64,000 nt of DNA from Dudresnaya verticillata. Lineage: Eukaryota. This document shows positions 33,089-44,874 of the stretch, piece after piece. The notes under the pieces were generated by a model. That model had not been told where the DNA came from. It ran no database searches and saw only the letters and a program-made list of their open reading frames with translations. The stretch spans positions 186,001-250,000 of the forward strand of contig OZ374561.1 in the NCBI GenBank assembly GCA_977862235.1. Direction: 5' to 3'. How positions within the stretch are numbered: position 1 is the first letter of the stretch; every line of letters starts with the position of its first letter. The position numbers were made by a program, and so were the translations under genes.

Positions 33089-33409
33089 ATGCCTGTTGAC
33101 AGGCGCCGCTGGAGCGCGAGGGCTGCGTACGCCGCGTCTGCAACCGTGCTATCCTCGCCACACGCGTGGGTGGAGCTGCAGAAGCACCCATTCGTACAAG
33201 CGGAGCGCCGCACGCACGAGCTGGTGGTCAGTGTGTACACGCCGTACACCTGCTTGCGCCAGATTCGATGCGCCACAGCGGACGTGCTGGCCTTGCACGA
33301 CTGTGTGGCGCTACCGGATGAGAAAGCAGGAATGCTCGTCCTGCACCTCTGGTCACCTTTTTTCGTCGAGGCTTTCGAGAGCCTGTGTGAGGACGCGCCG
33401 CAGGCATAG
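33089..33409 (+). CDS. Small hypothetical protein (106 aa), possible PH/EVH1-like fold
   Basis: True ATG, globular composition, GC3-rich codons, head-to-head with acylphosphatase like other pairs here; no family recognised. Confidence 0.4.
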   Translation: MPVDRRRWSARAAYAASATVLSSPHAWVELQKHPFVQAERRTHELVVSVYTPYTCLRQIRCATADVLALHDCVALPDEKAGMLVLHLWSPFFVEAFESLCEDAPQA

Positions 33410-36400
33410 CTGGTGCAACCGCGGGTGCAACTGGTGCGGCGGCAGATGCGCGAGTGGAGATTTTGGGTGGGTACGAATGCAGCAGGGTAGGAATGTGCTA
33501 CGAATGCGCCTGCGGGATCGTTGGCACTCGTGTGCCTCGCCCGGGACTTGCGGTGCACAACGCTGGACTAAACTCACGCAAGACGAGTGGGCTTGCGTGT
33601 GAGTGAGGCGGCACAGCAAAAGCGTCTTCATCCTCTCATTGTAAGTGATATCAGCAGGTTTTGGCGGGGAGGAGGCGCTGTTGTCCAGCAGAGTTGCGGT
33701 GCATTATAATGCAGCAGACGATGGCCTTTCCGAGAAGTGCACATGCCGGCGGCTAGCGAAATCTCTTGCCCATGTTGAAGCGACTGATGGGGGGTGCATT
33801 CTGAGATTTGCGTGAACGGAACTAGTGCCACCCACAACCTCCCCTATTCTCTATCGGCCCTTATTTTGGCACTGGAGTTACCACCGCTGTGTTTGTGCTA
33901 AACTACATTGACATACATAGATGCAGAGCGGCATTGCCATGACTTTTACAACTTTCAGGCTGGACATGAATCTCATACAGCAACCTTGGGCTAAACTAAT
34001 AGGAATCAGCTGATGCATTCCAGCTCCGAATCTCGTAGGCAAGAAACCCTTGCCAGCTGCCGTCGGTGGCACAAGGAACGCACAACTCTCCATTCCCGGC
34101 TGTACAGCCCACTACGATTATACCGCCCGTTTTTACTAGACAGCGGACAGCACAGCGCGGTTCGAGTCCTTTGGTTGGAAGCCACCGCATCAACCTATGC
34201 GAACCAGCGGTTCTTGTTTTTGTTCCTGCGTACTTCCATCAACTGGCCCATCATTCGAAGAAGCGCTGTGTTGACAGCTGCCTGGCGAGCGTTTTCGTTA
34301 GACTCTGCACACCGGCAGGGTACCACAACGAAGTGTCTCTTGTAGCTGCGAGAGAGTGACCAACTGCAACACCAACAGCAAGCGCTGAGCTCAGTCGCTG
34401 TTGTCTTTGTTCAACAGTATTGTGTTTTGTGTTGTGGTGAACGTGACGGTGAACAGTAGTTGTGTTGCATGCATATGGATGCATTCGCAGTGTTCCATTG
34501 TCGTAAACTGCCTCGCGAATGGCATTGCTGACTATTTATGGAATACGGAACAGCTGGTCGTCATGGATGTAGGCGCGAAGCTTTCCTCGTGGCGCTATTG
34601 TCCCTCTACAACAGTGAAACAAAAAACAAAAAAAATGTTGCGCTTCCTTGCCTTGGAAAGGGTCATCACAACCATGATAGCTCAAATCGGTAAGCAAATC
34701 AGAAAAGTGAGAGGAGCTCGCCAATGCGGCGAGAGTTGTCCAGCCAAATGGCCGGTAAGCTAGAGCGAAAGCTGGTGGAGAGCGAGTGTGAGAGAATGCG
34801 ACATCAGCGATGCGGAGTAAATAACGGCTGCACCGGAGATGAGCGTCAATGAAACGATAGCACCAGTAGCCTTTTTTCTTCGAACAGGGTTACACCTTTG
34901 CCCTCGCCGGGGCGTGTGGTCTGTATCTTGGTAGCGTACGCACTCTCATTGGCGCCAGTGCTAGCCGTTGATGGCAGGGTTTGACAACAGCCGTTGCGCA
35001 ATAATGGTAACAACTACCATTCAGATAATGCAGACGAGAGGAACTGGAAAGGATGGCGATAAGATGGATACCTGCATCCCTGAACATGCGTGTCTGCGTG
35101 CCAATCTGGAAACCGGTCGCGCTTTGAGATGGAGAGATGGAGAATGTGGGCTGGGCTCACACTTGACTTTCGCAACTCCCGCTTAGCCATTTCAACCTGT
35201 GTTTTCGCATCAGCGTAGGAAGAGGCACACATGACGTCCTACTATAGGGGATAGCAGGCAGTAAGGCTGCGATGGAGAAAGGATCTACACCGACATGGGC
35301 AGGATTGTTCTAGGATTCCATCGCTTCTCGGGCAATACGGCAGTGTAGGCGTGACTGGAGATCCGGTGCGCCAGCGTCACGGCGTAGGCGGTGTGGTGGC
35401 GTCGAATAGGATTGCAGGAAAAAATGTTGGCAGATTGCGGCTGTGCGTCTCTCGAAGGGCCGCCACTGCTGTCGTTCCTTCAGCGCACGTAGTTGGTCGT
35501 GCCTGCGACGGCAATAAAAAACGGCGGCGGGCTCGGGCTATGCAGGAAGCACACTGCACAGCACAAAGGTTGCATTGCGGCGGTGTCGCCAAAAATCTGG
35601 ATCTGGTGCAAGCATAATTATTGAATAATGAAAAAAGCTCGGGCCGCGGCGCCAGTGGCATGGTACATGTACAGTACTGCGGCTTTTGGGCGACGGCAGG
35701 GTGCGCGGCATGCGGTGGCATCTTTGGAGCCAAGCGGAGGGTGCTTCTAGGCACGGGCTCAGCAGCGCTACGGTAGTTCGTTCATACGCTTATGCATGAG
35801 ATTGTCAGCAGCAGTTGGTGCCAGCCAGCAGACCTCTTTCAGGCCCCGCTTACATTACTCGCAAAACGACGGCGGCGGGCGTCGCGGGATTCTTGGGTAC
35901 TGTAGCTGCAGTCGCCGAGCGGCAGCGCGTGACGCGCAGAGGTGCAGCAGCTGCGTGCAAGGCGCGTGCACAAACAACTGGTGCAACGCTCGATGACGCC
36001 GGTTTGATCCCGCGGACTGGGATACAAAACCGTCGGAATTCAAGCCACGGAAAGTCTTGAATTTAATGGAAATTGAGAAAGGCTTCCGTGCCTCGATGAA
36101 GCCGCGTTGCTGACATGAATGTTGTGTCTGCTTGTGCGACAGACACTGCAAGCGCGGCCATCGCGCGGGCTGACCTGGTGCGCTCTGAGGCGGACACGCT
36201 TCAGCACTGAATCGCTGCGTTTCGAGCCCTCACCCTTATAGTGTGATGGCCGTCACGCTGCGGGAATCGAAACGGCCCGTTCGGGGCCCATGGAAGCATC
36301 CGTTCACGCGCGGCGCTGGCCCGGGAGGAACAGTCTTGGGGAGGTCGTGCGGCCTTTTGATTGGGAAGATCATAAGATGCGGGAATCCTCTGAGGCTCAC

Positions 36401-38054
36401 CACTTGTGCGCCTGTTGCGCGTGTTAGCGTGCGGGTTATGACTGTCACGGCGTGCGCGCAGCGCGCGCGAACGACAGACCCGCCTGGAATTTTTCTTTTG
36501 GTTTTCAATATAACTGCGACGCGACTGGCGAGAAGAACGGCAACCAACAAGGAGGCCCTTTTTTTGATTTATAGACTGGCAAACGGACCGTGCACGGTGC
36601 ACGGCACGCCTTATCAAGACACACTCCGGCCAACCGCAAATACACAGGTGGCATTTGTGCAGCTTAACTACGGCAGCCCCGGCTCCTGGCTGCAATTTCC
36701 CTGGCTGGGTGTCGACTTCGCGCTCCAAGGTGAACTTTGCGTCGCCAGTGGTGAAGCCGCTTGTGTTGTGTCTTGCAGTGTCTGCACAGGAAACACCGAG
36801 AAAAGGTTTTGCGCAAGAACTTCGTTTGCAAGCGAGAGCTCCTGGGTTCCATGTGACTGCGGGTAGGCGCTGGAACTGAGAGAGAGGGAGAGGAACCGAA
36901 ACGTTAATTTTTAGTGCTTACCGCGATCGAGAATACACTTACATTGCGTTTCGGAGTATCCCTGTTGCTGCCTGTGCTTCTCCTTTGCTTTTCGCGCTGT
37001 CTCTAAGTGACACGCACACCACGTTTTCGGTTGATGACGTCCACCCATTGGTGACGTCGCACAATAAGTGTAGGGCGGTTTCAAAAGCATTCAAATGGAT
37101 TTGCTGTTGTTGAGACCGCAATTGAAGCGCAGGATGGCAGGCCATAGCCGCAGAAACGTAGAGCCTTTTCTTGTTGTGGACGGTGTTGCAGCCTCAGTGG
37201 CAGCGGTTCGAGTCGTGCCGAGCGCATTCTTTTGGCGGGAATTCTGCATCGGTTGCGAATCTTGGTCAAATATCTTGCAGCTGTCCATGACAAAGAGAAA
37301 AAAAAAGAAGAAAGAAAATCTGTCCAGCTTGACGCAAATTCGGGGAATTCGGGGAAGGGATCTTCGGGGTCCTCGGTCTGCAGTAGGTCATACTCCAACG
37401 CGGGGCAGCCACAGGATGCCCCGTTGAAGCGGCTGAGCAAACCCTTCAATTCAGCGTGACGACAACTATGGACCTGCAACACGAGTCCGACGCATGAGCC
37501 GGTAGAAATCGGGGAAAAACAATCTCATTCGGGGCCTTCTCGTGCGGAAACGGGGCCATGCGCCACATTCGGACTACCGCAGCTGCCCGTTCGGGGGAGG
37601 CGCCTGCGTGGCGCGTGACACCGCGGGCCGTGGCGCGACCGCACCGCCGGGCCATGCGGATTTGCCTTCGAAAGAGCCCGAAGCGCAACCTCACATCAAG
37701 CCGCTTGCACGCCGCCCACGCCACCCACCTACCTTCCGATTCGCGCACGCGTCGAACTGGCAGCACGCAACAAACAAAACAAACCCACCGCCGCGCGTGT
37801 TGTGCGTGTGCGCCAGAAAGCGCGCCCGCTCCGCACCGCGGCCGTCCGCCGCCCTGGCTCCCCTCGATTGGCGCACCGTCGCACGACCACCCCCCCCAAC
37901 TCTTCCACCGCCACCGCCAACCCAACCCCACACCCTGCCCCGTGCGCCTACGGTACACTCGCGTGCACCCCACCCGCACACAAACACACACACTACCTCC
38001 AGCGGGGCCGCCGTGCAGAAGGTGTAGCATCGTCGCACCACCGCGCCCACCTCG

Positions 38055-38055
<1 letters not shown>

Positions 38056-38092
<37 letters not shown>
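38056..38092 (+). repeat. Poly-C homopolymer (C37) about 110 bp upstream of ATG 38200
   Basis: Direct count. Confidence 0.9.
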
Positions 38093-38199
38093 AGCGAGCG
38101 AGTGCCAGTGAGTCCTACTGCCGCGCGACGCGACAAACGTCCCCCGCCAAGCTGCCACCCGTTGAGCCGCGCCGCGCCGCGCCCCTGCTCCGCACCACC

Positions 38200-39840
38200 A
38201 TGCAGCGCGGCCCCGCCGCCGTGCGGGTCGAGTTCTCCGAGCATCCCATCGTGTTGGGACCGTCGTCGCCGCGCCACGCTCCCACCCAGCCGCTGCCGCC
38301 TCCTGTGTGCCGGCCCCTCGTCAAACGCCCAACCATTGACGACGCTCGCCCAAACGACGCGTCCCCCGCCGACGCCGACCCCGTTCAGCACGTCGTGCAC
38401 GCGGCTCCCACGCAACTGCACATCCCACCTACGGATGTCGTGCTGAGACCCACAGGAAAGAGAAGGGCAAGGTTTTATGACGATCCGCCCGCGGGCAGCG
38501 GTGACGTCGACGTCGAGGTGAGAGAAGACGACCCCGTGGAGACGTCTTGCACGGACAGTGACGCTTCGGCCCCCGACTCACCCCCTGCGACAGTGCCCAT
38601 ACCCTCTGCACCACCGCTCGAGTGCCGGAGGGTGACTTCGGATGAGAGGTTTGAGGAGTGCACACGTATCAACACCAAGCTTAACTCGATGCCGTCAGGT
38701 GGTGCATTTTCCTTCATGAACTCTTCGGAGGACGTCAACTCTGCTTCTCAGCCTTCTTCCGATTCGTCATCCGATGAGGAGGAGTTGAGATCATCGCGGA
38801 AGATGATTCGTGTCGATGGCAGTGCAAAGTTATCTAGCGCGTCAGGGTTGGCAGATGAAGACTTTTTTGGAGACGATGAGTTCGGCATTGAGGGTGCTGA
38901 AAGGGTGGATGAGGAGGAGGATGTACAAGTCCGATCATTCGGGCGATCGTTTGCAAAGGTCTCATTGAAGGATAGCACTGGTGATGACATCATTATTCCT
39001 GACCCGCGGCGAGAGCACAAGCGTAGGTCGGAGGTTGCGTTTGACGTACCAGAAGGGAATGACACGAGAAGGGTGAGCAGTGCGAAGGAGCGGCGGGAGA
39101 GAGAAACAGATCCGTTGTACGCTGATGATGACGACGACACCTATCATGACATGTTTTCGAGTAAGAGCTCTCCTCCGCGTCGCAAGTCCAAAATCAGGAT
39201 CACTTTTACAAGGCGCTCATCAAACGCCAGCTCGAATCGAAGGAGCGGTATTGGAACGCCTGGGAGACGTTCAATGCGGAATAGTGAAGAGAACGTCCGA
39301 AGCGAAACTGCGAGCAGGAGTGAAATGGAAGAGGAAGACGAGTCTGAATTTGGAGGTCTTTCGTGCTTTCCGAGTCGCAAGATGACGATGCCGCGGCAAC
39401 GTGCGAGAACGTCAGCTGCGGAACCACGAGCAAAGTCACACCCGGCCGCAGACCTCGACAGATCGTCTGCTGCGCCAGACATGAGTCGGCGCAATCGGGA
39501 AGCTGCGAGAAGCATGGGTCAGATAGTGACTGTCCCGGACATGGCCAACATCGCGAGGGGCGACCGAAAGAGTCGTCGTAAGGAGCGGCAGATGGTGAAG
39601 AATGTATCTCTTCAGCGGGATGACTGGATTGACTTTGCTACAAACGCTGCAAGCAGGCAGAGGCATTCTTGGCTCGTGAGGCTTGTGTCAAGTAACGGTG
39701 CCTCCCCGGGTGCAGCAGGGACGCCTCCATCGAAGAGGAACAGTACCAACACTACAAGTACTACTGCTACAGACACATCGAAGGCGTCGCCCCCTAGACG
39801 GGAGAACAGGCCTTTCTGGAAGTGGCTGCGTCGCAAGTGA
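38200..39840 (+). CDS. Hypothetical, largely disordered Ser/Arg/Asp-rich protein (~546 aa)
   Basis: Long ORF; ATG in accaccATG context after a C-rich leader; ends RPFWKWLRRK. Confidence 0.7.
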   Translation: MQRGPAAVRVEFSEHPIVLGPSSPRHAPTQPLPPPVCRPLVKRPTIDDARPNDASPADADPVQHVVHAAPTQLHIPPTDVVLRPTGKRRARFYDDPPAGSGDVDVEVREDDPVETSCTDSDASAPDSPPATVPIPSAPPLECRRVTSDERFEECTRINTKLNSMPSGGAFSFMNSSEDVNSASQPSSDSSSDEEELRSSRKMIRVDGSAKLSSASGLADEDFFGDDEFGIEGAERVDEEEDVQVRSFGRSFAKVSLKDSTGDDIIIPDPRREHKRRSEVAFDVPEGNDTRRVSSAKERRERETDPLYADDDDDTYHDMFSSKSSPPRRKSKIRITFTRRSSNASSNRRSGIGTPGRRSMRNSEENVRSETASRSEMEEEDESEFGGLSCFPSRKMTMPRQRARTSAAEPRAKSHPAADLDRSSAAPDMSRRNREAARSMGQIVTVPDMANIARGDRKSRRKERQMVKNVSLQRDDWIDFATNAASRQRHSWLVRLVSSNGASPGAAGTPPSKRNSTNTTSTTATDTSKASPPRRENRPFWKWLRRK

Positions 39841-41105
39841 GTGCAAGCAAACCAAGGTGGAGACGACCAATGCCTTTTCGCAGCGGTCGTTATTGTTCGT
39901 ATGCTTTGGCATGGACCTGATATCTTCTGTTTGTTTGTTAGGCACAGTGTTCTACCCCTCTGATATTTCGTTCGAGAAGGGCAGTGCTTTGGCTCCTGGA
40001 AAGTGGTTTTCTGAGTCTGATTCGTTGGGTTTTGCTGCGGGTTCTGTTTCTTATTATATTGCGGTCGTTTTATCTTTCGCAGACGACGTGAAGTCTAGCG
40101 ACACAGTCAACTTGTAATGTAGCGCTTATAGATGAGTCTTGAGGTTGGAAAAGCCCAGGTTGGGATAGGAGTAGTTTCGTCTAGGCGGGTGAAGGGGTTT
40201 CAATCTTCAAAGCTTACCCAGGACCACTATTCGTTTGATGATGTTTTGCTTGCCTTGACTGGCGCTGAGGCTCTGGGGTAGATTGAGTGCTTTAGAAAGT
40301 TCTGCTTTATTAGACAGTTGCACCTGCGGCAGACTAGTCGTCGCATTTGGATGCAAGGTTGAGGGAACGGGCTTGCAATGTCGTGAAGACGGCGCCACCA
40401 TTGCTCCTCTCGTCATGTTCCGGAAGGAAATACGGCCAGCCTCAGCGCAACAGCCCTTTGGAAGACAATCTTTCCCGCCCCGATACGGAACTCGCAACGA
40501 GGTGGGCGTGTCTTGTCCCGAGTAAAGTAAAACCGGCGCACAGCGCTGAACGCTACTAGCCCACTGTTCAGTAGCGCTGGAGGGTGTGTGTACAGTAACA
40601 GTGCGGCGCTGATCAGCGATGCGACGGTGCGACATTTCGTACCTCATGCGGACCGGAGCGTTCTAGCCAATGGTCTGTGGACACGCGTCGCGGACGGGAT
40701 CTGCAGATGTTCGGGAATTCTCGCCCCTCTGTCCCGGACCCCAACAGCGGCCCTTCCAGCATCAATGCTCGACAGCCCTCCGAATTCCGGCCAGAAATTA
40801 CCGAAATTCCAACGCGCCCGCTCGGCACCATCGCACAGGACAAGAACAGGCTCTCGCCCTGAAAACGATCAGCATCCCCGTCTCATCAGAAGCAACACTC
40901 ACGCCCTATTGCTCAAGGGACCGTTCGTCCGCGAGGCGCGACCATCTCCCCCGCCAGCCGCCGTTACCATACCACTCTCATCCCTTCCACGCGCGCACAT
41001 CCCCCGCGGCACCCGCAGCCACTCTGCACTGTCCGCCCTCCTCCCGCCCACGCGCGCAGCCCGCGCCACCGGTGCAGCCCCTGCGCTGCCGCGTTTTCCG
41101 TCGCC

Positions 41106-42020
41106 ATGACCACGTCTGTCGACGCGCTCCGCGAGCGTCTCCACACGCGTGAGCACTCGCTGCAGTCGTTGCGGAAGAAGGTTGCCGTTGCGAAGGCCGC
41201 CGCCGCGCGTCCGGCCGTCAAGTCGACCATATCTGACATCCAGAAGCGCTACCTGTCCGCCGTGAAGGACCTCGAGACGAAGGAGAAGGAGATCCCAAAG
41301 CCCACCGTGCGTCCAACCTCTGCTGCAGTTTCCAGCCTCGCCAGCCGCTGGAACCAGGGAATTGGTGGGAAGGAGGTGCAGAAGACACAGGTTGACGTTC
41401 GTGGCGACGTGCGCGGAACTCAGAAGAACTTCAACGCGCGCGATGTGCCGGCCGACGCCGCGGCCGATAGCCCGGCCAAGAAGAAGTCCCCGATGGACCC
41501 TGGACCTGCGGAGCTTGTTGTTGAGGATGAGGACGCGGGATTGCCGAGCTGGGCGGTGAACCAGAAGAAGAAGGTCATCCGCAAGGAGAACGCGCGCAGC
41601 TCTGTACGTGACGTCGATGTGCGAGAGATCCAGGGTAGCGTGCTCGAGCATGGTGCTCGGGACGGGTCTGAGGTAAGAGGCGAGGAGGTCGAAACAAGGG
41701 GGAATGTCAAGGCAGCCCTCGCCATGTGGGGGAAGACTGCTGAGGAGGACACGCTGCTGCTCAAGAAGAAGAAGGAGGAGGAAGAGCGACGAAAGGCGCA
41801 GGAGGAGAGACTGAGGAAGGAGAGAGAATATGAGGAGCGCGCTAGGGCTGAGAAAGCCGCGGTTAACAAGTTTGCCAAGATGCAACTTGCGGATATGCCG
41901 ACTGATGAGCCTAACGGCGAGATTGAGTTAATTGCCTATCTGGAGAGGAAGATCGCACTAGTAGAGAAAGACATCAAGGTAGCCGAGGCAGAGCTCTCGA
42001 CTATAGAGGACGCGGAGTAA
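41106..42020 (+). CDS. Hypothetical coiled-coil protein (304 aa) with repeated short helical motifs
   Basis: Strong codon bias, gccATG context, charged single-alpha-helix-like tract KKKKEEEERRKAQEERLRKERE. Confidence 0.8.
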   Translation: MTTSVDALRERLHTREHSLQSLRKKVAVAKAAAARPAVKSTISDIQKRYLSAVKDLETKEKEIPKPTVRPTSAAVSSLASRWNQGIGGKEVQKTQVDVRGDVRGTQKNFNARDVPADAAADSPAKKKSPMDPGPAELVVEDEDAGLPSWAVNQKKKVIRKENARSSVRDVDVREIQGSVLEHGARDGSEVRGEEVETRGNVKAALAMWGKTAEEDTLLLKKKKEEEERRKAQEERLRKEREYEERARAEKAAVNKFAKMQLADMPTDEPNGEIELIAYLERKIALVEKDIKVAEAELSTIEDAE

Positions 42021-42363
42021 CTTGTATATCTATAACTGCGACAGGCTGACCGCCTCTCTAGAACATCGTGCGATGAACATTGGTCGCATAGCAGCACGTT
42101 GATGTCAAGCGCTTACGTCCCTGAGCGAAAATTGCTAGTGCTGTCCTCTCACAGGGGGGGTTAGATAATAGGGTTACACGGTACGGAGGATGTGCTTAAA
42201 AAGCTAGGAAAACTAGGATTATAGACCGGACAATGAAGGGACCTTCGTCTGCCGGAATCGCGTTGCTGGCTTGCTATGTACAAATGGGGCCAATGCCCGC
42301 CCAGACGATGAAAAGTCCTCCCCAACGTCACGATATGTGCAGCTTTCAGTGCTGCTGCGTCTG

Positions 42364-44046
42364 CTAGCCAAAGTCAATCAAATCAGAGAAGTCAGGTGCT
42401 GATCTGGCAGCTCTGCTCTTGTTCTCAAGTGCTGGCCGCTTAGATGCATCCGGTGTCGACTTTGTAGTTGGGGGTGCGATGTGCAGGTCACTAAAGTCTA
42501 TCAGCGATGTTGTTTTGCTATGTGTTGGCAAAGGCACAGAGCCGGCAGGGCTCACGAGGTTATCCCGAGCCCCTCGCGACGCTAGTGGTGGTGGACGCGC
42601 AGATGAGTTCAGCTGACACGACGGCACTGTTGACGACGGCGGCCGCGCAGATGATGGTTGCGTTGAAGTTGGCAGCGTAGACAACAGCGGGGCAGCTGAT
42701 GGAAGCGTGGATGATGACTGCGCAAGCGCTGATAGCGTAGTTTTCGGAGCTGGAGATGGCTGAGGGAAACTAGTATTAGAAAAAGCAGACTCGAAATCTG
42801 CCCAGTCATCTTCCTCGTTCGCCTTCGCAGGAGGCTGGGTGCCGACCTTGGCCGAAGGGGTAGGACTTGGGAACACTGTATCAAAATTGATAAGTTCGCT
42901 CTGATGTGGCGCTGATGATGATAAAGCCTCAGCCCTTGGCATTGGGTCAGCTGTAGTGCCAAACAAATCGAAACCACTGGCACCCGGGCAGGGATCATTA
43001 CCGGCCCCAGCTGTCGCCGCAGTGCCAGTGCCCTCTCTCGTGAAGTCCCGTCTTCGTTGCGCACGATGTCCGGCCCCTATCCGCCTCAATTCCGGGTCAA
43101 TATGCCGTCCTTGCAAGCGTCTGATGGTCTCCAATACCGCAATAGCGTCCAATCGATCTGCAGGTGACACTGCTAACATTCCTTTCAGCAGCTCGACATA
43201 CCCATCAGGGAACTGCGGCTCCGGTGGTACAAACTGCAAGCCCTTCAGAATCTGAAGCGACGACATGCCATCAAACGGCAGCTTTCCGTAAAGCAGCGCA
43301 TACCAAACACATCCCAATGCCCAAACGTCAACACGCTCGCACACAAACTGCTTGGCGTACAAGTCGGTTATCTCAGGCGCACGATACATTGCTGTGCAGC
43401 TGTTCGCAATATCGTCCTCAGCGGCTAAGATCTCCTTCCGCAAAACATGCCTCCCCGCAAAAGACGAGACGCTTCCAAAATCACACAGCTTGTAACACTT
43501 CTCAAGCCTGTCATAGAGCAAGTTTTCCAACTTGACATCTCTCACAGCCACAGGTGGCTCCTGCGCGTGCAGATGCGCGACGGCAGCGACTGCATCTCCC
43601 AAAATGTCCAGGCGAGCCTCTGGCGTAAGCGGGCGCGACGCACGTTCGAGCACCTCGGGCAGCGTGCCGCCATCAACGAGGTCGAAGAGCAGAAAGGCGT
43701 GCCCGTCTCGGAAGGTGGCGCCGTGAAAGCGGACGATGTTCGGGTGCGGCGGGAGGGCCGAGAGGAAGTCAATCTCGCGGCGCGCCTGCGCAGACGCCTC
43801 TGAGTCCGCGCACGACATGCGCTTGACAGCAAAGCGCGTGGTGCAGGACGACGGGGTGCCCGACGGCGTGGCGACGTGGATGAACGAGAAGCCGCCCTCG
43901 GCGAAGACCGGGCCGAGGCGCACGCGGTGGTCGCCGATGGTCAGCGTGGTGTGCACGAAGGCTGAGTGCGAGGCCGGGGCCGTGCTGAACGCCGTCTCCA
44001 TGCCGCGCTCCAGCGACTGCGCGGCTTTGCGCAGGCCGCGCAGCAT
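42364..44046 (-). CDS. NAK-family (AAK1/GAK/Ark1-Prk1-like) endocytic kinase
   Basis: AEGGFSFI, AVKRM, HPNIV, AHLHAQEPPVAVRDVKLENLL, YKLCDFGS, TAMYRAPE, DVWALG. Disordered tail with LINF, DDWADF, LIDF and DLIDF adaptor/clathrin-type motifs. Confidence 0.9.
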   Translation of the reverse strand: MLRGLRKAAQSLERGMETAFSTAPASHSAFVHTTLTIGDHRVRLGPVFAEGGFSFIHVATPSGTPSSCTTRFAVKRMSCADSEASAQARREIDFLSALPPHPNIVRFHGATFRDGHAFLLFDLVDGGTLPEVLERASRPLTPEARLDILGDAVAAVAHLHAQEPPVAVRDVKLENLLYDRLEKCYKLCDFGSVSSFAGRHVLRKEILAAEDDIANSCTAMYRAPEITDLYAKQFVCERVDVWALGCVWYALLYGKLPFDGMSSLQILKGLQFVPPEPQFPDGYVELLKGMLAVSPADRLDAIAVLETIRRLQGRHIDPELRRIGAGHRAQRRRDFTREGTGTAATAGAGNDPCPGASGFDLFGTTADPMPRAEALSSSAPHQSELINFDTVFPSPTPSAKVGTQPPAKANEEDDWADFESAFSNTSFPQPSPAPKTTLSALAQSSSTLPSAAPLLSTLPTSTQPSSARPPSSTVPSCQLNSSARPPPLASRGARDNLVSPAGSVPLPTHSKTTSLIDFSDLHIAPPTTKSTPDASKRPALENKSRAARSAPDFSDLIDFG

Positions 44047-44092
44047 GGCTGGGCTTGCTCAGCGGGCACTGGCGGGGATGTCTCGCGAGTGC

Positions 44093-44111
44093 GGGGGGGG
44101 GGGGGGGGGGG
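44093..44111 (-). repeat. G19 run (poly-C on the sense strand) about 47 bp upstream of the NAK kinase ATG
   Basis: Direct count. Confidence 0.85.
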
Positions 44112-44874
44112 AGGGGAAGGCTCGGGACACGATGACGCGGCGCGAGCCGTTTTGATGCTGCGGGGTTTGCAGCGGCGCGTGGCCGAATGCTTTGTCGTCG
44201 CGGCTTTCAGGCAGGGACCCGCCGCGGGGGCCGGGCGAAGGTGCAAGGCGCTTGGCTAGCCGCGCGTTGGGTGCGTTTCGGGACAGACGCGGCCCGCAGC
44301 GCGCGGGTTGGATCGGAATGCAGCCGGCGCGGGCTGTGGTTGATGGAACGGCGGCAGGGGGAGCGGAAGCATTGTTTGAGAGGGGAATGAGGGGAACAAA
44401 GCTTTCACAACGCTACGTGTACTAAGACTCACGCTACCGCTGTAAGGACAAAAATGATTGTGCGTTAAGACACGCGTCGTTCGTCCATAGGGCGGATAGG
44501 CTCCCCTGCATAGCCTGCGCCGACGCATTACAGAAGCCCTCCCGAAAGGATCCGAACTTTGAACCTTGGGAGCAGTGTCAGTTCGGTGTTCAGCAGACAA
44601 TGCTCCCGCCGACATTAGATAGTCAACCGCTCACACTGACCATCTACAAGTAGACGCAGCACTGAGACTCCCCCTCAACCACGTGCACCCGAATCGCCAG
44701 CCAACTGAGACACACGTCAACCCGCTCCCACCCACCTTCCCCAGTCCCCGCCGCGAAGCATCGCCGCCAAGGTCGCCGCCATCCCCCGACGCGTCCCCAA
44801 CAAAAAGGCAAAGCCTCACTCCTCGCGCCACCACCGCCCCAGCGCGCAGGCCTGCACAGCGCGCGGTCGCGCGC

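Noticed and set aside
34155..34184. GGTTCGAGTCC B-box/T-loop-like sequence
   Set aside because: The T-stem does not pair fully and there are no acceptor, D or anticodon arms; not a tRNA
35320..35350. ATCGCTTCTCGG...AGTGTAG resembling the U2 snRNA 5' end
   Set aside because: Spacing is wrong, the branch-pairing GTAGTA is absent (GTAGGC), and no stem I or Sm site is evident; likely chance
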